From: Octopus bimaculoides
Taxonomy: Eukaryota
NCBI RefSeq assembly: GCF_001194135.2
Contig: NC_068999.1
Coordinates: 54,206,905-54,270,904 of the forward strand
Length of the DNA stretch: 64,000 nucleotides
Direction: 5' to 3'
Part shown: positions 62,690 to 64,000 of the stretch, piece after piece
Position numbering within the stretch: the stretch's first letter is position 1
How the letters are laid out: every line of letters begins with the position of its first letter
Translations under genes and position numbers: made by a program
Notes under the pieces: generated by a model
The model's input: only the letters and a program-made list of their open reading frames with translations
What the model was told of the DNA's origin: nothing
Databases searched by the model: none

Positions 62690-64000
62690 GAGGGAGGGAG
62701 AGAGAGAGAAAGGGAGGGAGAGAGAGAGAAAGGGAGGGAGAGAATCAGACAGAAAGAAAGACAGCATGTGAAAGAGTGAGCATAAGTGGAAGATAGAAAT
62801 GTAGAGTATATAAATGGTTTGTAAGAGAGAAAGATATATAACGTGAAAGTTTGAGATAAAGAGTTAGTGCATGTGACAGAGTGGTGCATGGCCTAGTGGT
62901 TAGGATGTTGCACTCATGATCGCAAGATCATGGTGTCAATTCACAAACTGGGCAGCACATTGCACTCTTGAGCTAAACACGTCATTTCATGTTGCTCCAG
63001 TACACTCAGCTATAAATGAGTTCCAACAATAGCTGGAAGGTCAACACTAAGATAGACCAAGGTTTTTTTCAAGGGAAACTGCTGTAGTAGTCTCAACCAC
63101 TTATACACTATGAAAACCAGTTTAACTTCCAGCTCTATGAGTCCAATAGCTTATAGCAGACCTATGGATAAATGTACATGTGCATACATATGAATTACAT
63201 TTAGTTTTCTAAGCTCCAATTTAAGTTGGATTTTTTTTTTTGTTGTAATTTTTTTTTTTTAAATGTCCTTTTTTTTCTTTCTGACACTTACCCCATCTTC
63301 ATCTTCAATGATTTCCTTGCCCACAGATGCTAAACTCGTCCATTTACAATTAGAAGAGGCCTTCACAGCACATTTCTTATGCGCCTTGAATTTACACACT
63401 GACAAAATAACAACAGATGCAACACAGTAAATTGAAATAGATTTCAAAACAATCAAACACAGCTAATTACAACATGGAAGAGCTATTTCAGTCATTTAAA
63501 AATACACAAGAATTCTACTCTGTCAAATGTAATGCTTATTTACTCACATTGTTTTTGGATTAATCATGCATAATCTCACAGCTTCAAGATTTTTATGATG
63601 ATTGCTTCATATGCACACATACATATGCATAGACACATACATGTGCATGCCTCTGTGCACACATACATGCATATATATAGAGATTCAGCACTCACACACA
63701 AATTGAATCTAGTTAGTTAATAATGCAAGATGGAAAAATTTGTCCAAGGATAAGAAATATCTATGAGTCAAGATTTGAAACAAAAGAAAAGAAAAAAACA
63801 CACACACACACACCCCACACCCCAAAAAAAGAATTACAGTCACATTTTTATAAAAACGTATGTCAGTCAACATTTGATTAAAATTGAAAGGAAAAGAAGC
63901 AGTCGATGAACATTGAAGAAAGGGTAAGACATACCTTCACAGGACAAACCATGAGATGTAACGCCTGACAAAGCATCATGGCATACGTTGCAATAGGTTG
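11915..64000 (-). CDS. DGKD: Type II diacylglycerol kinase (delta/eta-like), 29 coding exons, 5'-truncated by window edge (span of spliced CDS)
   Basis: Exons join in one frame (3302 nt). Motifs: tandem C1 domains ([20 protein letters not shown]; [10 protein letters not shown]), catalytic GGDGSIGW and [13 protein letters not shown], accessory [13 protein letters not shown] and [11 protein letters not shown]-terminal SAM. Probably a pro-orthologue of vertebrate DGKD/DGKH/DGKK, so the symbol is approximate. Confidence 0.96.
13893..14035 (-). CDS. DGKD: DGK exon AB, SAM domain: [25 protein letters not shown]...[14 protein letters not shown]
   Basis: ttacag acceptor, AAA|gtaagt donor, SAM consensus W...V..WL. 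Confidence 0.94.
14098..14672. mobile_element. piggyBac-type MITE carrying a nested foldback insert
   Basis: TTAA-ccc...ggg-TTAA with the same termini as 44052-44271, plus about 350 bp extra containing an inverted repeat at 14246-14480. Confidence 0.7.
16253..16373 (-). CDS. DGKD: DGK exon AA, basic region: [28 protein letters not shown]...AAST
   Basis: caccag acceptor, CAG|gttatt donor, GKFR motif as recalled for DGK delta. Confidence 0.87.
17025..17138 (-). CDS. DGKD: DGK exon Z: [25 protein letters not shown]...SQEE
   Basis: tcacag acceptor, GAG|gtaagt donor. Confidence 0.85.
18395..18487 (-). CDS. DGKD: DGK exon Y: [31 protein letters not shown]
   Basis: tttcag acceptor, TCT|gtaagt donor. 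Confidence 0.85.
19675..19884. repeat. Palindromic foldback, same family as 52738-53053
   Basis: ttaacagggttatcattggtttcatgc ... gcatgaaaccaatggtagccctgttaa. Confidence 0.75.
21092..21224 (-). CDS. DGKD: DGK exon X: (C)[16 protein letters not shown]...SSLTE
   Basis: ttacag acceptor (most proximal of three tandem acceptors), GAA|gtgagt donor. Confidence 0.87.
21207..21385. repeat. Tandem 68/69-bp repeat containing the exon X acceptor
   Basis: Identical 68-bp units at 21240-21307 and 21308-21375. Confidence 0.92.
21798..21934 (-). CDS. DGKD: DGK exon W: [14 protein letters not shown]...SEFID
   Basis: caacag acceptor, TG|gtgagt donor. Confidence 0.9.
22725..22859 (-). CDS. DGKD: DGK exon V: [45 protein letters not shown]
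   Basis: ttgtag acceptor, CGG|gtaaaa donor. Confidence 0.95.
24030..24167. repeat. Degenerate 37-bp tandem repeat of the exon U donor region
   Basis: gt at exact 37-nt spacing (last exonic base 24150, 24113, 24076, 24039). Confidence 0.85.
24150..24263 (-). CDS. DGKD: DGK exon U: [38 protein letters not shown]
   Basis: ttgtag acceptor, CAG|gtgagt donor. Confidence 0.95.
24420..24660 (+). mobile_element. RTE-like LINE 3' fragment
   Basis: SEAWT..RLQRNE.SML.W ... [13 protein letters not shown], thumb-region-like. Confidence 0.55.
24669..25658 (-). mobile_element. Degenerate, internally deleted mariner transposon
   Basis: About 29-bp TIRs (agggtcaggctgaaaggttcataggctgac / gtcaacctatgaacttttcagtccaccct); transposase remnants ([27 protein letters not shown]; C-terminal [21 protein letters not shown]). 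Confidence 0.88.
26874..26919 (-). CDS. DGKD: DGK exon T: [15 protein letters not shown]
   Basis: ttccag acceptor, GAT|gtaagt donor. Confidence 0.94.
28421..28579 (-). CDS. DGKD: DGK exon S: [16 protein letters not shown]...[11 protein letters not shown]
   Basis: ttccag acceptor, AG|gtaagt donor. Confidence 0.95.
30144..30254 (-). CDS. DGKD: DGK exon R, DAGKa start: [37 protein letters not shown]
   Basis: tttcag acceptor, AG|gtttgt donor. Confidence 0.95.
32208..32334. repeat. Near-perfect 61-bp-stem hairpin
   Basis: 5 mismatches, 5-nt loop. Confidence 0.9.
33155..33275 (-). CDS. DGKD: DGK exon Q: [27 protein letters not shown]...EEDIHL
   Basis: ttttag acceptor, CT|gtaagt donor. Confidence 0.9.
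33330..33650. repeat. (GGT/GAT)n low-complexity tract
   Basis: Read directly; source of several spurious ORFs. Confidence 0.85.
34533..34765 (+). mobile_element. SINE family 1, full copy
   Basis: agctggcagaatc..ctgagttcaaatt..tttcatcctttcggggtcgataaattaagtaccag. More than 10 copies in both orientations (e.g. about 1095-1345, 3490-3700, 4150-4380, 7175-7395, 20520-20700, 27550-27770, 54750-54920, 56260-56470). Confidence 0.8.
35330..35515 (+). mobile_element. Second fragment of an R4/Dong-like element
   Basis: [34 protein letters not shown]. Confidence 0.65.
35915..36915 (+). mobile_element. Degenerate non-LTR retrotransposon, R4/Dong-like RT region, internally deleted
   Basis: [27 protein letters not shown]; KIP.WK.PG.HGVQG; [37 protein letters not shown]. 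Confidence 0.78.
38570..39320 (-). mobile_element. Penelope-like retroelement remnant (linker plus GIY-YIG endonuclease), 5'-truncated
   Basis: One frame with 4 stops: [24 protein letters not shown] ... [37 protein letters not shown] ... KRCHLC..E ... INRMSE.LSRCLH. Confidence 0.85.
39632..39700. repeat. 13-bp minisatellite (t[c/a]tgtacccaatc) x5
   Basis: Read directly from the sequence. Confidence 0.85.
41839..42006 (-). CDS. DGKD: DGK exon P (linker): [16 protein letters not shown]...PCLMLP
   Basis: ctttcag acceptor, CAG|gtaaaa donor, 168 nt, phase 1-1. Confidence 0.83.
43219..43284 (-). CDS. DGKD: Probable DGK exon O (linker, possibly cassette): [22 protein letters not shown]
   Basis: ttacacag acceptor, AAG|gttagt donor, 66 nt, open in phase 1-1. 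No homology support. Confidence 0.6.
44052..44271. mobile_element. piggyBac-type MITE
   Basis: TIR ccctttagcatt / aatgctaaaggg, flanked by tcaa and ttaa. Fragments of the family also near 18590-18755, 39340-39402 and 63515-63600. Confidence 0.7.
44614..44832 (-). CDS. DGKD: DGK exon N (linker): [12 protein letters not shown]...SQLKLA
   Basis: ttgtag acceptor, G|gtaagt donor, 219 nt, phase 1-1. Confidence 0.88.
45260..45612. mobile_element. Inverted tail-to-tail pair of SINE family 2 joined by (GT)n
   Basis: aggcacaggagtggctgtgtggtaag ... cttaccacacagccactcctgtgcct. Single copies near 16590, 22335, 30841, 31700 and 60590. Confidence 0.88.
45855..45942 (-). CDS. DGKD: DGK exon M: [29 protein letters not shown]
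   Basis: RANSLKKA motif typical of type II DGKs, G|gtttgt donor. Confidence 0.92.
46514..46886. mobile_element. hAT-type MITE, same family as 61265-61672
   Basis: TIR cagtggttctcaac / gttgagaaccccta, TSD ctttaaac / ctttggac. Confidence 0.8.
47233..47346 (-). CDS. DGKD: DGK exon L (linker): [10 protein letters not shown]...IKSTKG
   Basis: ttccag acceptor, GGC|gtaaga donor, open, phase 0-0. Confidence 0.78.
48166..48228 (-). CDS. DGKD: DGK exon K: [21 protein letters not shown]
   Basis: ttccag acceptor, ATG|gtaag donor, 63 nt. Confidence 0.87.
49541..49637 (-). CDS. DGKD: DGK exon J: [15 protein letters not shown]...SISSK
   Basis: tttcag acceptor, AAA|gtaag donor. Confidence 0.92.
50184..50694 (-). 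mobile_element. Tc1/mariner-superfamily non-autonomous element
   Basis: TA-cagggtgtcccagaattaactatc ... gatagttaactttgaggcactctg-TA; minus-strand remnant [24 protein letters not shown]....AHVE. Confidence 0.8.
51667..51761 (-). CDS. DGKD: DGK exon I: [32 protein letters not shown]
   Basis: cttcag acceptor, AA|gtatgt donor, YEDSV motif. Confidence 0.92.
52738..53053. repeat. Palindromic MITE-like foldback, about 145-bp arms
   Basis: Arms are reverse complements. A shorter relative lies at 19675-19884. Confidence 0.85.
53554..53611 (-). CDS. DGKD: DGK exon H: [19 protein letters not shown]
   Basis: ccctcag acceptor, phase matches exon G. The donor CAG|gttgct is weak; an alternative in-frame gt lies 9 nt further. 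Confidence 0.8.
53993..54132 (-). CDS. DGKD: DGK exon G: [21 protein letters not shown]...KMLDR
   Basis: tttcag acceptor, CG|gtatgt donor. Confidence 0.95.
55310..55418 (-). CDS. DGKD: DGK exon F, ATP-binding motif: [36 protein letters not shown]
   Basis: ttgcag acceptor, CAG|gtatgt donor. Confidence 0.95.
56554..56636 (-). CDS. DGKD: DGK exon E: [28 protein letters not shown]
   Basis: ttttag acceptor, GG|gtaagt donor. Confidence 0.95.
57136..57993 (+). mobile_element. Non-autonomous mariner derivative with about 240-bp inverted arms
   Basis: TA-flanked. Both ends are the same 5' segment inverted. The middle encodes [23 protein letters not shown] (mariner HTH region). Confidence 0.85.
58568..58922 (+). 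mobile_element. Possible Helentron-associated (HINE/DINE-like) non-autonomous element
   Basis: Starts ggcggaggtatcgttttcggttgtgtttgtttg and ends ccttggcagaggtttgcactgagtgctcttgtt, resembling the recalled HINE layout. Confidence 0.45.
59041..59340 (+). mobile_element. (CAT)n-tailed interspersed repeat (family 3) inserted inside a SINE family 1 copy
   Basis: catcatcgtttaacgtccgctttccatgctagcatggg...; the host SINE resumes at 59341. Close inverted copies at 17520-17775 and 30421-30535. Confidence 0.8.
59527..59706 (-). CDS. DGKD: DGK exon D: VHIGCREK...[15 protein letters not shown]
   Basis: ttcag acceptor, CAG|gtgagt donor, 180 nt. Confidence 0.95.
60877..61002 (-). CDS. DGKD: DGK exon C, C1b: [42 protein letters not shown]
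   Basis: ctgcag acceptor, ATG|gtaagc donor, 126 nt. Confidence 0.95.
61265..61672. mobile_element. hAT-type MITE with nested SINE-like fragment
   Basis: TIR cagtggttctcaac / gttgagaaccactg with a perfect 8-bp TSD ctttacat (61257-61264, 61673-61680). Confidence 0.9.
62172..62401. repeat. (AG)n microsatellite spanning an N gap (62247-62338)
   Basis: Read directly. Representative of many (AT)n, (GT)n, (AAT)n, (TAC)n, (GAT)n and (GAA)n tracts. Other gaps: 1561-1660, 24368-24377, 33793-33803, 45032-45180. Confidence 0.95.
63292..63398 (-). CDS. DGKD: DGK exon B: [36 protein letters not shown]
   Basis: tcag acceptor, GGG|gtaag donor. Confidence 0.94.
63935..64000 (-). CDS. DGKD: DGK exon A (partial), C1a: [21 protein letters not shown]
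   Basis: Donor G|gtatgt at 63934, phase 1. Confidence 0.93.

Noticed and set aside
62023-62889. 288-, 219- and 135-aa ORFs, and similar YI/HT/CV/LS-repeat ORFs throughout the track
   Set aside because: They are translations of microsatellites and N gaps.

Overview
AT-rich, microsatellite- and SINE-dense animal genomic DNA with five N gaps. The repeat families look like those I recall from octopus genomes (inference). One spliced gene dominates: a type II diacylglycerol kinase (DGK delta/eta-like) on the minus strand. I reconstructed 29 GT-AG exons by hand, from a partial exon at the window end (63935-64000) to the stop codon at 11915-11917. They total 3302 nt (about 1099 aa) with consistent phases, encoding C1a, C1b, DAGKc, a long linker, DAGKa, a helical region and a SAM domain. 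The PH-domain 5' end lies beyond the window. Introns hold SINEs, Tc1/mariner, hAT and piggyBac-type MITEs, R4/Dong-like and RTE-like LINE fragments, a Penelope-like GIY-YIG remnant and many foldback hairpins. The most unusual observations are (1) three independent tandem duplications of exon boundaries that create arrays of competing splice sites, (2) a candidate 24-nt microexon, and (3) genomic A positions where A-to-I editing would restore conserved residues. No prokaryote-type system, CRISPR array or clearly novel gene is supported.
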